A stretch of DNA of 64,000 nucleotides from the human T2T-CHM13v2.0 reference genome, Homo sapiens. The stretch is from the NCBI RefSeq assembly GCF_009914755.1, contig NC_060931.1; one strand, given 5' to 3'. Positions 41,960 through 55,820 of the stretch are shown one piece after another (within the stretch, counting starts at the first letter, position 1; every line of letters starts with the position of its first letter). Position numbers and translations under genes: made by a program. Below the pieces are notes generated by a model. That model searched no databases, was not told where the DNA came from, and saw nothing but the letters and a program-made list of their open reading frames with translations.

Positions 41960-43000
41960 TAACTCCTTATTCAGTACCTATGATAAACCAGGCATAGTGC
42001 TAGGTAAGGGGCCCAAAGGTAATCAAACCCTAGTCAAGTTTATCCTTGAGTAGAGGGGCACCACAAGACACATTATGTTGTTTTAAAAAAAAAAAAAAAA
42101 AAAAGCAAACATGACAAAGTCCAAGGTCCCTGGAAGCACAAGGCTGCGTGGTAAGAGAAACATCCTGGAAGCAGCAATGTGTAAGTAAAGAACTAAAACA
42201 TGATTAGAGTTAGTGAGAAAATGTGCTGAAAGAAGGAATCAATTGTGTTCTGGGCAGAAGGAATGTGCAAGGGACTGGAGGTGCACATATTGTTTGAGAA
42301 GTTAAAACACATACAATATGGTTGGTGCACACAGTGTTCACTGTGGTGAGGAAAGGCAAGTGAGTTTCCTTATAAAGGCCAGGCATACCATGCTAGCGAG
42401 CTCAGACTTTAGTTTGAAAACAATGCAGAACCATTAAACTGAAAAATTACCTGATAACATTCATGTTTTAGAAAGATTATTCTGGCTTCAGTACAGCTAC
42501 ATATGACTTGAAGGAAATACAAATGGAAGCAAATACCTAAATTAAGAGGCCACTGGGAAAGAAATGATAGTTTGAACCATGCTATTAATGGTGTGGGTGT
42601 AGGGAGGCAGCTAGATTCAAGAACTATTTTACATGTTGAACGGACACAACTTTGTGATTGACTGTATATAGGATAGGGAAACAAGGGGAGGGAAGGGTGA
42701 CTCCCGGGTTTGTGGCATTAGCAACTGGATGATGGTGCCCTTCACTGAAGTAGGGAACATACAAGAGCAGCAAACCTGGAATAAAAAGTTTTAAATACAT
42801 TCCATTTGGATTTACTAAATTGAAGTGTCTATGAAACTTCTAAGGGTGGATATATAGGTCTGAAGTTCAGGGAAAAGAGCAAGCTGGAGGATGTAGCTTT
42901 GAGAATTAAGAGTCTGCAGAGATGAGATGAAGCTCTGAGGGTAGCTGAGGTGTCAGAGAAGGGAATAAAGAGGAACAGGGCAGACCCTATGGAACATGGG
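41960..43000 (-). mobile_element. L2 LINE
   Basis: Purine-rich reverse L2 (ttttagaaagattattctggct; gatggtgcccttcactgaagtaggga; ggtctgaagttcaggg). Confidence 0.75.
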
Positions 43001-46000
43001 AAACTCAGGCCATGGAGAGCCCATGCCGGGATCCCTCAGGCTCTCAAGTGGTCTCTCTTCTACCTTCAGTGGTCAGCTTGGTGGGCCCCAGGATAAACAC
43101 TGAAGAAAGTGGTTTTTCATTCTTGGCCTCAGGACATCCTAACCCTTTTGTGCACCTTCAATAAGCATTTGTTCCAAGAATATTGAGGAAAGGCTATATG
43201 TCAAGGACTTTCCTGGGCACTGGGATATGAAGAAGTCAACAAATCCCCTGCCCTAAAAAACTCTGGTTGGTCAAGGGACCAAAAATAGACATATAGAAAT
43301 TCTTCATATTTTTTCTCCTTTTTGGTGAGAAAAAAAAATTTTTTTAAGGGAAATTAATTTTATAAATTCTAAATTTATTTTTTTCTGAAATAATAAGCAC
43401 ACAAAGCGACACAAGGACCTGAAAAATACCAAAGTTTCATAATGTTCTTTCAAAGTTGGCCACTTAAACCAAATTTCATACATAAGAAACACAGCTACTT
43501 GACAATCAAAACAGAAAGAAAACACAGATACTTATTTTTAGGGAGTAAAAACATTTAGTGTAAAATTGCAGTTACATTTTTCTGAAAAGCACACTAGAGC
43601 CTCAAATCCTGGTAAGTTGCACAATGAGATAAACTGTATTCAAACAAGGCCCAAAAGAGTTCAGTCAGTGTCAAAAAAATTTTACACAAATCTAAATTTT
43701 ACTCTGGGGAGCAAATCAAAATCTTCCCAACAACATGAGGATCATATAGTATTTGTTTTCATTGTGATTGCCAGGAACATGAAATTCAAAGCCATGTTTT
43801 GCATTGCAGAAATTTCTAGACCCTCAGTCTGGTAACACTCTTTTGACCTGTGACATAGTTGGGGCAGCCATATTTCTCTGCTGCCAGATGCTTTGCTACA
43901 GAAACAAACAAGACACAGGAGAGAAATGCCACAGTGCTAGCATATGAGGTAGCTACATAAGTGACTTTTAGAAAGAGCTCCCCAGGTCACTCGTCTGTCT
44001 CCTTTCTAATTTGAGTGTGATCCAGCCGTACTGGGGCCATCCATAGAACTGGTTTGCCCCTCCTGATAGTGGTTCTATCCCCAGTGAAGCTGGCCACTAA
44101 AGACTGCCGAGCTCCTGTGATCTCTGAGCCCTTTCTGCCTGGATTTTCCCACATCCATAGTTGCAGATGCCTTGATGTTTCCCAAAGATTTTGTTGTGTG
44201 GAAATGAACTCTTGCAGACTCTACATTTATTCCCTAAAATCCAGGGCATTGAACTTCTGACAGCTTTGTAAACTTTTATCTACAAACCCCACTTCACTGA
44301 CCCCTCTCTAAACAAATTACACTTAGTGGATGTTCCTAGCTTTGAGTATGTTCTTTCCACAATAACTTTCTGAGAAGAGAGAAAGGTAGAGAAGAGTTAG
44401 AGGATGGCATTCTTGTTTATCATTTATCAAACTCCTCAGTCATAGAACAATTTACAAAATTAGATACCCACACAGGAAGTAAAAACAAACGAAATACTTA
44501 TTCTGTAGTTCCACTTGCCTTTTAAAATAGTTTTTTTATAATTCAGAGCTGTATTCCTTGGCTGAAGAATTTTGTGTACCAATAAAAATTATTTCAATAC
44601 ATTATTTGAATTCCAGTCACATCTCCCTCTAGCATTTTCAGTTTATATCATCAGCTGACATCTAGTTGATGTCTATCCACAGGTAGACAATAATTTTCCT
44701 TGGAACACAATAATTTTCCTTAGGTTCACAGAATCCTGGATCTGAAACTGAAGTGAGTCCTATTGCCATTTAGGAACTCTACATTTACATGCTCCTCTCT
44801 CAAGAAAAAAAATAGTTGCCTTTCACTTAAAATTTCTCTAAAATTTTTGTAAAATTCCTCTAAAAGAGGAATATCCAATACCTTCTGTCTTAGGATGTTC
44901 TTAGTATCTCAATCTAACAATCAGGAATTTTTTTTAATTCCTCATGTTTAACTTAAGTACATAATTAGGTTGCCTTAGGAACCTACAATGGCTCTTAATT
45001 CTTTCTACTCAAAGCCCCTATTACAGTGTTTGGTATATAGTAGGTGTTCAGCATATATTTAATGAGAGAAAAAAATGAACAGAGGGAGGAAAGGAAGAAA
45101 GTGAGAGGAAGGAAAAAAGAAAAGAAGGGAGGGAAGGAGAGAACAAATAAACACTAAAAGGAATCAAACATGAATCCACTACTAAGGAAATTAACAACAG
45201 AGTAGCAAGAATGTTAAATGGACATAAATAACTACAATATAAAGTAGAAAGTATTAAAGGGCCACAGACACAATGTTGGAGGAAATCCGAAGAGAGGTAT
45301 GAAATTTCTAGCTAGGAGAAATCAGAAGCAAGTCAACAGAGGAGGTAAGACTTGAGGTGGGATTTGAAGAACAGGTAGATTTCAGACAAGTGATCAGAGG
45401 GGATAAGTGTCCCAAGGAGAAGTCATGAATGTGGAAAATCATGGGGTGATGGGGAATGAAGTGGTTTAAGGGGAGCACAGAAGGTGGTATCGGGCCCCTT
45501 TAGTATCTAGGCTTATAAGCAGAAATATTAATAATTATTCAGAATATCATTTGAATGAATGAATAAATGAACAAACAAATGAATAAACAAACAAATTAAC
45601 TTAGGCCTGGAACTTTAAAGATAAAGCAGAATATGAATGTTGTTTCTATAATTATTCCTATTGCAAATTACACCTCTATCTCTGAAAAGGACCTCCTGGG
45701 AAAGCCTTCTGCCATCAAATTAGATCTACTTGAAAAAAAAAATTAACGACAGAATTTTAATTATTTCACAGTGTTTGCATGTCACTTTATTTTAATCCCA
45801 GGGATATGGGAAATCAATATAAAATAGTTTGTTACTTTCCTATTACCAACACAATAATCCATCCAGTGTAATTTTGCTTTCTTTACCTTCTATTTCTTTT
45901 TTTTTTTTTTAACATTTAAAAGCAAACCGGAAGAGGCTTTGCTCCCACTCTTCCTCTTTCCTATTTGCTCCCAACGATTTAATGCACATACACAAGACTG

Positions 46001-46394
46001 GCCAACCAATTTGTCAGTGAAGTACTCTCCTGCTGGCTTTTATGGCTGAGTTATTGCCTTTAAAGAACTAAGAAATAGGACATACTGCTACACAACTGGT
46101 CCTGGCAGAAACGTTAACTCTAGAATAAGACGGATAGAACAAAATCAGTATAAAAGCCAGTGGGATTAGTGAAGGCTTTAACATACAGCTTGCAATGGTT
46201 GAAATCTCTTATGACCCATGATGTTGGTTAAAGATCATACTTGCTGAAAAACAACCTTAGCCACTGTTACTAAGTTCTAATTGGGTTTTCTCTCTATAGC
46301 TGTCAAACTCCCTCTACAATCTGATGACTTTTTTTCATACTTAAGCGCAAATGAATTTTAAGACATACATCACGAGAACTTAATCTCTTTTTAA

Positions 46395-47010
46395 CACAGG
46401 AACTTGTACACAAATGTTCATAGCAGCCTTATTAACAGCCTCAAATTGGAAACTCCCCAAACATCCTTCAGGGCATGAATCGTAAGACAAAATTTTGGCA
46501 CATCCGTACCGTGGATGACTATTTAGCATTAAAAAGGATCAGAATACTGGTATCTACAGTTTATGCTGCGTGAGAAAAAAAAAAGCCAGTCTTTAAAGAA
46601 TACATGCCATATGATTCCATTTAAAAAACATCTGTGAAATTACAAAATTATAGAGATAAAGAACAGAGTAACAGTTGTCAAGGCTTAGGGATGGAGGAGA
46701 GGGGATGGGTGTGGCCATAAAATAGAAGTGTTACCATGATGGCACAGTAGAGAGGCTGTTGATTGTGGAGGTAATTACACAGGGCTACACATGTGACAAA
46801 ATTGTCACAAATGCAAATGATGTGTGCACAACTGGGGAAATCTGAAAAAGCTCTATGGATAATATCAATGTTAATTCCTTGGTTTTGAGATTGTACCATA
46901 ATCAAGTAAGATGTGAACCCTGAGGGAGCTGGAAGGTGAATACATGGCATTTCCCCATACATTTCTTTGTGAGCCTCTATGCATCTATCATTATTTCAAA
47001 ATAAAAACTT
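46395..47010 (+). mobile_element. L1MD-like 3' end
   Basis: acttgtacacaaatgttcatagcagc ... atcattatttcaaaataaaa. Confidence 0.8.
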
Positions 47011-47331
47011 TAAAATATATGTAGTCAATTTATATCAGGATGTGTCATGAGGTTTCTCTCTCCTGAGTTGAACAATATCTAACATAAAGCTGAGTGATAG
47101 TAAGGTCCAAAATAAACACTGTCCAAAGAAAAGAAGGGAGGAAACAGGGAGGAAGGTGTATAACCATCCCTGGTCAATCTAAAATTGATGAAAACCTGAT
47201 TTGGGGGGAAATTTATAAAATGTCTGAAGTTTTCAATATACCTTTTTACAATAAGGACATTAAAATCAACATTATAAGGCAATTGTGAAAATTAAAGGTA
47301 TATACAGATATGTAGATTTCTCAATATACAT

Positions 47332-47358
47332 ATGTGTGTGTGTGTGTGTGTGTATGTA
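47332..47358. repeat. (TG)n microsatellite
   Basis: Directly visible. Confidence 0.9.
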
Positions 47359-49409
47359 TAAGAGAGCTCATTTTAGTAAGAGCCTGGGACTCAAGAAGTA
47401 TTCATTCTCTTCCAATAAGCAAAAAAAAAAGAAAAAAGAAAAATAAAATCATCATTATATTCTTAATTCCTCACTCTCTTACTCTTTCTTATTGCATAAC
47501 CTCACATCTTGGTGAAATTATTTTCTCCTCCTTCAACAACTAAGAGAGAGCAAAGATTAAACACAAAATCAGAGCTCTTTTCATCTAGGCCCATCTGCCT
47601 AGGTAGGCCTAAGTTGAATCACTGAACCACTGACACACAGTTCTGTGAGCTCTCGGAAGCTCAGAATCCCACATACAGTTTGGCCACAGGGCTGAAATGT
47701 TGTAGCATTTTATCAACAACCATGTTTTGAACAATTTAACACCCAAGCTCTCTCATTCCTGTCTCCTTCCCAAGGCAACTGCAGATTCCTCTTCCCTCAG
47801 GGAATATAACCCCACTACCTTTCCTCATTTTAGGGAACTGTAATGACCTGGACAGATGGTAAAAGAACACTGGAAAAGTGATGTCTTCAAGTACCAGCCC
47901 AATGAGGGTATCTACTCGGGGGGCTTAAAATGGAACACTCAAGCACGCCAATGACCAGCAAAGCAGGAAATGGTCCCAGAATCACTGACAGAAGAGGCAA
48001 ATTTCCCAGAATACAATCCCTTCATGCCGACCCCCAGGGTCAAAGCACACAGAGCAGAATCTGGGCCACAAGCTTGGAATCATCCTCATGTAGAGTTATC
48101 CTCTTTTCAGAAGATGCTTCCCCATCTCAAACTGGGCTTTTATGGCTGAGTAAAATTTACCTTGTGTATATAATTTACATTAATTTGTTTGGCAGGCTCC
48201 AAAAAGGCAGTACAAGCGAGAGGTCCAACAGAGAGGTCAGACACAAGTAACAGCTTGAAACCCAAGGCCAGGGTCCAGATGGGTGTAGAGACGAGCTGGA
48301 GTGGGAGTTGAGGGTAGGGGGATTAGCAGAAACCAGTGGGGCATGCAGACTATAATTAGGAGCATGTATGTATTTGGGGCTTGAAGACATTGCTAAACAG
48401 CTGAAGGACACTGCTCAGGAACATGAGAAGCTGATCCCAGCAAGGCTGGTTGACGTTTCCAAGACTGGACAGAAAACCTGAGGAGGCTGGGAGGAGTGGG
48501 CAGTGCCAGAAAAAGTGAGAGCAGCAGCTCTGAGCAAGCAAGTCCTACCAGCATCATAAATGAGACGAAGAGCTAGGTTTGCCATGGTCAGGATTTTGCC
48601 ACAGCAGGGAGAGGATGTTAAGATCAGTTACTGGCTGGCTCAAACTGACATGCCCATAATTACTTACTGAGCGTCCATGTCATGAATGGAGTGCTCTATC
48701 TGTACATACAGCCAGAGGTCATACAGTGAAGATAGTGTCCCTGCTCCACTTCTCTGTTCACAGGGGAGCATCTTCTCTCTTTGATCATAAGGAAGAGGAG
48801 CAGAGCACCTACCTAGCTGTGCCTTTTCAGGCCAACCACGTGCTGGCAGCGTCTGTTCCTTGTAAGACCTTCCCAGGAATCTGCTCTGCTAATGAGGCCC
48901 CTCTACCTGACAGCTGGTTACACAAGCTGCTATCAGAAAACAAAAGCTGCCTGTTGAGGTAACCAATATTTCCACACCTCACACACAAGCGTGTGCATGC
49001 ACACACATACACACATACACACACACGCGTGCACTCTCCCCAGTAAAATTCAGAAACCATGCTCGGAATGAATCAACCACCAAATGGAACAAAGGCTGCC
49101 TCCAAGATAATTAGAGTTTGGACTGAACTGAATTTTTTCTGGCTTAGACTCAGCATTCCCACTTCTTTGGTTGCCAGCCCCACAGCCTACACAATAGGCA
49201 CATGGGGCAAAGCTGGCTGCAGCTTATAGTTTTAGATGAAATGCTGGTAATCCATCCTCTGGTCTGCCATCTTCTCTTATCCCTCAGTAGCAACCACAGA
49301 AGACATTCACTGTCGATCTCAGAACATCAAGAACATACCTCGGTCCATTCTGCTGAGACAAGAGAATTCCAACTGAACCACTGATTTGGCCATATTAAGA
49401 CAGTCTTCA

Positions 49410-50290
49410 CCATTGCACACCTATTACAACGGCCAAAATACAAAACCCTGGCAACACCAAATGCTGTAGAGGATGTGGAGCAATAGGAACTCTCCCTCAT
49501 TGCTGGTAGGAATGCAAAATGGTACAGCCACTTTAAAAGACAGTTTGGCAGATTCCTTCAAAACTAAACACACTCTTAACATCAGATCTGGGAATCATAT
49601 ATTCCTTGGAATTTACTCAGATAAAATGAAAACTCAGGTCCACAAAAAATGGCAGCTTTATTCATAATTGCCAAAACTTGGAAGCAACCAAGATGTCCTT
49701 TTATAGGTGAATGGTTAAACAAACTGTGGTACATCTAGACAGTGGAAAATAATCCAGCACTAAAAATTAAAAAAAAGAGAACATCAAGCTATGAAAAGAC
49801 ATAGAGAAAACATGAATACATATTGCTGAGTGGAAGAACCAAATCTGAAAAGGCTATATGCTGTATGATTCCAACTATATGACATTCTGGAAAGTATAAC
49901 ACTATGGAGACAGTAAAAGGATTAGTAATTGCCAGGGGTTTGGAGGAGGAAAAGTTGAATAGGCAGAGCACAGAGAGTTTTCAGGGCAGTGAAATTGCTT
50001 TGTATAACACAACGATAATAGATACATTTCATTATAAATTTTTCCAAACCTGTAGAATGTACATGACCCAAAGTGAATCATAATACATACTCTGAACTTC
50101 GGGCGAGAATGATCTGTCAATGTAGGTTCATTGATTGTAACAAATGCTCCACCCTGGTGGGCGATGCTGACAGTGGGGGAAGCTGCACATGTGGGGATGG
50201 GGGTTATTATGGAAAAATATCTGTACCTTCCTCTCACTTTTGCTGTAAACCTAAAACTGCTCTACAAAATAAAGCCTATTGATTAAAACA
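49410..50290 (+). mobile_element. L1MC-like 3' end
   Basis: aggatgtggagcaataggaactctc ... tgtcaatgtaggttcattgattgtaacaaatg ... gctgtaaacctaaaactgctct. Confidence 0.9.
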
Positions 50291-50537
50291 AAAATCTTCA
50301 GAGACTGACAAAAGTCAAATCAAAAATATGTTGACATGCAAACTTAATGGTGTATTGTGTGGGTTTCTGTTTGTTTGTGCTTATATGTGTGTTTAAATAG
50401 ATACCAAGTTATAGCATTCTAGAAGAATGCTAAATTTACCAACATGGAAAAACATAAGATTCCAAATTCACCACAAATGGAATGCCACTGCTTCAATTTT
50501 CTTTGCAAAGGCAGAAAAAAAAAAAACTATCAAAAAT

Positions 50538-50540
<3 letters not shown>

Positions 50541-50579
<39 letters not shown>
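50541..50579. repeat. pure poly(A), 39 nt
   Basis: Directly counted. Confidence 0.95.
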
Positions 50580-50581
<2 letters not shown>

Positions 50582-50989
50582 CTAATGGGAAGAAATTTTT
50601 ATCAATCAAAAATCACCACTCTGATCCTCTACCAAGATGAGCCTGACTGTTATGAGCTGCGTTACAAATGACTGCAAAAAAAAAAACTTTTAAAAAAATC
50701 TGCTGTCTATTAGGCTAATCTAGTGATTGCCATTTTCCTCAAATTCTTCATTTGATGTTTCCAAAGCAACAACAACAAAAAAATCTGATGTAGCAAGCCT
50801 TACACTGAAATCATATTAAATCTTCAAAAACCAATCAGAAAAAAAGCATAGGCAAGTCTTCTTGGGATTCAGACTTAATCACCTTTAGGTACTAAAGGTG
50901 GGATTAGAACTTAAGTATGTCTCTAATAAACAGGATGATGCAAAATCAATCCTGGCTCACTGCCAGTCTTCCTCCTGATTGACAGCTAG

Positions 50990-51205
50990 AGCAGGGCTGT
51001 CCAACAGCAAGACACCCTGAATTGCAGACATAATTTAAAATTTTCTAAGTAGTCATGTTTTATAAAATAAACAACTGAAATTAAGAGCATATTGTATTTA
51101 ACTAATAGACTCAATTATTTATCATTTTAACATGTGACCATGGTAGCCACATTCCAAGGGCTCAAGAGCCACATGTGGCTAGTGGTTACCATATTGAACA
51201 GCAGA
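50990..51205. mobile_element. MER33/MER3-like hAT-Charlie MITE
   Basis: cagggctgtccaa ... gccacatgtggctagtggttaccatattgaacagca, with ctaga-type target sites on both sides. Confidence 0.75.
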
Positions 51206-51489
51206 TCTAGACTTCCAGTGTAAATCTAACAGGTCCCAAGCTTCTCCCTTTCAAATATGTATTTATTCATTCAAACACACAAAGTCTCTTCATATGCTTC
51301 ATTATTCCTACTACTGGAGGTTCACCAGAGTCAGCAGTAACAGTGCTTGAGTCACACCTTCAATCTATGCAAACCATAAGAAAGATTAAGCTCTATGCCA
51401 ATGTGAAAACCAGCTCAACTTCAGTTTCTTATTGTTATTATTATTATTACTAATTTATTTCCAGTATATATCCTTCCCATTTCTTTATC

Positions 51490-52376
51490 TTAATTTTTAT
51501 TACATATTGACTATTTGTAATTATATATATTTATGGGGTACAAAGTGATGTTATAATTTATGAAAACAATGTGGAATAATTAAATCAAGCTAGTTAACAT
51601 ATCCATCACCTTAAATACTTAATTTTTTTTGTGGTAAGAACGTTAGAAATTTACCCTCTTAGCAATTTTGAAATGTACAATATTATTAACTATATTCACT
51701 ACACTGTGCAATCGATTTCAAAAAAATTCCTCCTGTGTAACTGAGATTTTGTAACCTCTAACCATCAATTCCCCATTCCTTCCCTTCCCCCCAGCCTCTG
51801 TAGCCACCATTCTATTATCTGCTTCTATGAGCTTCGTTGTTTTAGATTCCACATCTAAGTGGAAACAATTAACAAGGTACGGAGACAATCTACAGACTTG
51901 GAGAAAACATTTGCAAGCCATACATCAGATAAGGTATTAATATCCAAAATATATAAGGAGCTCAAACAATTCAATAGCAAAAAAACAAAAAGCCTAATTT
52001 AAAAATGGGCAAGGGACCTAAATAGATATTTCTCCAATGAAGACATACAAGTGACCAACAAATACATGCAAAAACAAATTCACATTGTTAATTATTAGGG
52101 AAATGCAAAATAAAACCACAATGAGATATCATCTCAGATGGAGAAAAAAGGAAATCCTTATACATTGTTGGCAGGAATGTAAATTAGTACAGTACAGCCA
52201 TTATGGAAAACTATACAGAGGTTCCTCAAAAAACTAAAAATACAACTACCATATGATCCAGCAATCCTACTTCCTAGTATTTATCCAAAGGATTTGAAAT
52301 CATCTTGTCAAAGAAATACCTGCACTCCCATGTTCAATGCAGCTCTATTCACAATAGCCAAGTTACGGAATCAACC
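51490..52376 (-). mobile_element. L1MA-like element with 5' inversion
   Basis: 51490-51860 is a reverse L1MA 3'UTR; 51861-52376 is forward ORF2-end/3'UTR sequence. Confidence 0.85.
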
Positions 52377-52789
52377 TTTTCACACTGTTTGGAAAAACAA
52401 AGAATTTCTCAACTAAAGTTTATCTTTGTGATAGAATAAATCAAGAAATAATAGGTGCAAAGCCATCTAGGGTCTGCAACAAGAGTGGAGGTAAGTGTAG
52501 TGAGGGGTGGGAGGAGAGGAAAGAAGGCAGAGAGGAAAGAAAGAAGGGAGGGGAAAATATCACAGCAGGTCATAGAAATTACCTCAAGGCATCGAGTTTA
52601 AGAGCAGGATTCCCACATTCAATGACTTTCACCCAAACAGGTAATGCAACCTAGGTTTAAAAAATTGTGTAAATGTTGTAAAAGGGATTTTCAAGGCAAT
52701 GAACATTGATTACATGCACCAATACATCTGAAAGAGATAGAAAGCAGAGTTTAGCCAATACATTTGTGCATTTTAAAGACTGTCCCTTA

Positions 52790-53009
52790 ATAAACACAAT
52801 AATGAGCCTTCTTATATTGCTGCAACATTATTTATCACAGTAAAGAACTCGAAACAACTTAAGTGCCTATCATTAAGAGAACATCCCAATTAACCGTGAT
52901 TTAGCCATACTGTAAACTTTTTAAAAAGAGGTACATTTCTATGAGCTGACATAGAAAAATATCCAAGCTACGGGTGAGTGAAAAAGCAAGTTGCTGAAAA
53001 ATGCATATT

Positions 53010-53061
<52 letters not shown>

Positions 53062-53220
53062 GTGACAATAGCTATAATCTCTCAGGAGGAACCTGGGATA
53101 AGTTGGTTGTGGGGATAGAGGAGGAATCAAAGAAGACTGGACACTTTGGTCTTCTCAGTAGTATTTTTTTAATAAAGAAAATGTATTCAGATTTTACTTA
53201 GAGAAAAAGAATGATTTTAA
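52790..53220 (+). mobile_element. old L1ME-like 3' fragment containing a (CA)n run
   Basis: attgctgcaacattattt ... gaaacaacttaagtgcctatca ... gagtgaaaaagcaagttgc. Confidence 0.6.
53013..53059. repeat. (CA)~23 microsatellite
   Basis: Perfect dinucleotide run. Confidence 0.97.
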
Positions 53221-53472
53221 AACAATAGTACACACCCTCAAATGTGTTTATCCCAAATCAAAATTTAATATATTGAAACCCACCAAACTCATGCTTATGC
53301 TTACCTAAGAATGGAGTTTCTCTCACCATGTCTATGAATATATTTGAACACGTGGATATATCCTTGAATACAGAGAAAGTGTTTTCTTGAATTGGTTATT
53401 TTTTAAAAAATTAGATCGCTGAAAATCTTCTCATGAAAAACTGAAGACATCAGTAGGCTTCTACGTACATGT

Positions 53473-53620
53473 TGATGGGGTTTCAGACACATTACCGCCA
53501 AAATAAGTTACCTGGGCATATTGAATATTTTAAGCTGAAGGAATTGAGAAACAGCATGTACAGGAAGGACTTTCTGATCTTCCCCTGAAGCAGGGCATAA
53601 AACTTAGGAAGGACTTTCTG
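53473..53620 (+). mobile_element. ERV1 LTR 5' fragment (MER31/MER34-like)
   Basis: tgatggggtttcagacac ... ggcatattgaatattttaagctgaaggaattgagaaac. Confidence 0.65.
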
Positions 53621-54254
53621 GTCAACTTCATAATAAACCTATTTAGAAACTTATAATAAACCTGATTAAAAATTTATAAACTAAATGCAAACTGTGGTAG
53701 ATGCTATTACTATCTGTGAATAAAGACCTCCTTCTCTCCTCAAGGAAGGACTATGCTCCTCCACTCCATTTTGGACTTCACCAGGAGATTTGCCTTGATA
53801 TATACAACCACCAAGAAAAATATTTAAAGGTGACCAAGTGGTCTAAGTTTCTCTTGTCACTGTCCTCTGCAACAAGAGGCATATCCCATAGAGCCTTTGA
53901 TCTATTTTACAACTACATGAATTGTGGATAACTGATAACAACATGAAACAATTCCTGTCCACTGACATGCAAATATTACTTTCTGTCTCGTGAAGATTCA
54001 GTGAGCTTCCCTTCTCCACTATGGAATGTGTTTTGTCCTTCATTTGCACATTCCAATCTATGAATGTGGCTATTCTTTGGATTGTCATTTGAACATCATT
54101 GGTAGTCATAACATCCTACCAGTTCCCTCATTAATAATGAGTTAAATAAAATCTCTAACACATGTTCATTTTATATCCAAAAGAGAGTATAATTTTACCT
54201 TTCTTTGAAAATTATCCTGGGTGCTTAAAATGTTAGATAATTTTACTATACACT

Positions 54255-54600
54255 GATTCCCCCTAACAACCCTATCTTTTACTAATGAGAAAAAGGAGCC
54301 CCAGAAAGATTAAGTAACTTGCTTAAAGCCACACACTGATTAGTAGCAGAGCTGGAATCTAAACTCCAGGTCTAGATGACACCTCTACACTGCTTCAAGG
54401 GCAACCCTTCAGAGAAAGGAGAGAATAGGGTGGAATCAGGGTATTGTGAAATCACAGAAGTGTTAACAGCCAGTTCCTTTTTTGATCATATGAGGGAATG
54501 AAGGCACAAAAGTATAAAGATCTTGGCCACGTTGCATAGCTTATTATAGGCAGGGATCAGAACCCAAGGTTCCTTACAACCAGCCTGATGATCTTGCGTT
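54255..54600 (-). mobile_element. MIR fragments
   Basis: attaagtaacttgcttaaagccacac ... agcagagctggaatctaaactccagg; a second degenerate copy follows. Confidence 0.7.
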
Positions 54601-55704
54601 CAAGGAGGAAGTCAAATTAGACTAGGGCCTTGATGGATAAATAGAATCAACAGACTGGCAAGATGCAGGAAACAGAGGCTGGACACATGTGAATGTGAGG
54701 TATGGAAAGTAGGAGAGGCCCCTCTACCACAAGGGTTCTAGGAAATTTACACAGTGGGGAGCCTGGAAGTGGGAAGAGATGGGGCAAGGAGACTGTGTCC
54801 AGACGTTGTCAGAGGGGGCCACAGGTTTGTACCGCAGGAGAAGTACTGCTTGGGGGAGAAATTCCTGGAGGCTGTAAAATGAGTTATTTGCTTTCCCAGT
54901 AGTCAGAGACTAGATGCTTGGCCACCTGACTTTGTGCACAACCCTTTGCCATCTGAGCTTCTGCTTCACCTGAGGCTGAAAAAGATGACATCCAAGATTC
55001 CTTCTAGGGCCAAAAACTACAATAAAGTCAAAAGAGTAGACATACTTCCTCATAAGTTGATCATGGTGGCATACTCTGTTATAATCACATGTGTTCTAGA
55101 AACCCAGGATGCCACATGGGGCAGAAAAGCCAGAAAAGCCCACATGGGGTCCTGGAGAGAAGAGGCTGCCTCAAAGGTTATTTTGGAGGAGGAGGTGGAG
55201 ACCTCATGTTCTAAAGAGGAAAACAAACCTACTTGCCCTTGCCTGACTGTCAGGCTGTGTCCCAGACCAGCAGGGACTTCACAGCAAGGCCAGGCTTCCT
55301 ATTCTGTGAGTTCCTCACACCCGTAGAGTGTCCCCATCTCTCTGCCACTGGGGCATACCCTGCTCCTCACAACTCCGAGGCAAGAATCAAGTTCACAGGG
55401 CATCTGTTCACTGCTACGAGTGTGTGGAGACAGCCACTGACAGGAACACTGATTCCCAAAAGGCACATGTAAATACAAGATGAATGCAAAGAGAAAAGTG
55501 ACTGGACTAGAGAGAAAATATCAGCTCTACCAAGAAGGAATCGTGATTCCTGCTTCTATTATTATAGATAAAAACCTACCATCTTATGGTCACATGCCGG
55601 GTCTTATGAAAATGAGGGCTGTGCACACAGACAGTGCCCTCTCCACACCTATGCACCAACCTGTGGAGCCTCCCTCCCCAAAGAATGGCCAAGAACCAGG
55701 GCAT

Positions 55705-55820
55705 CAGTAACCGTTAGACATGCAGAATCTCAGGCCCCATCCCAGCTCTGCGGGATCAGAATCCACGTTTTAAAAACATCCCCAGATGATCACATTAAAC
55801 TTTTTGAGAAGTGCTGTTTG
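55705..55820. mobile_element. MER5A-like hAT-Charlie fragment
   Basis: atgcagaatctcaggccccatcccag ... atcagaatcc ... tttgagaagtgctg. Confidence 0.75.
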
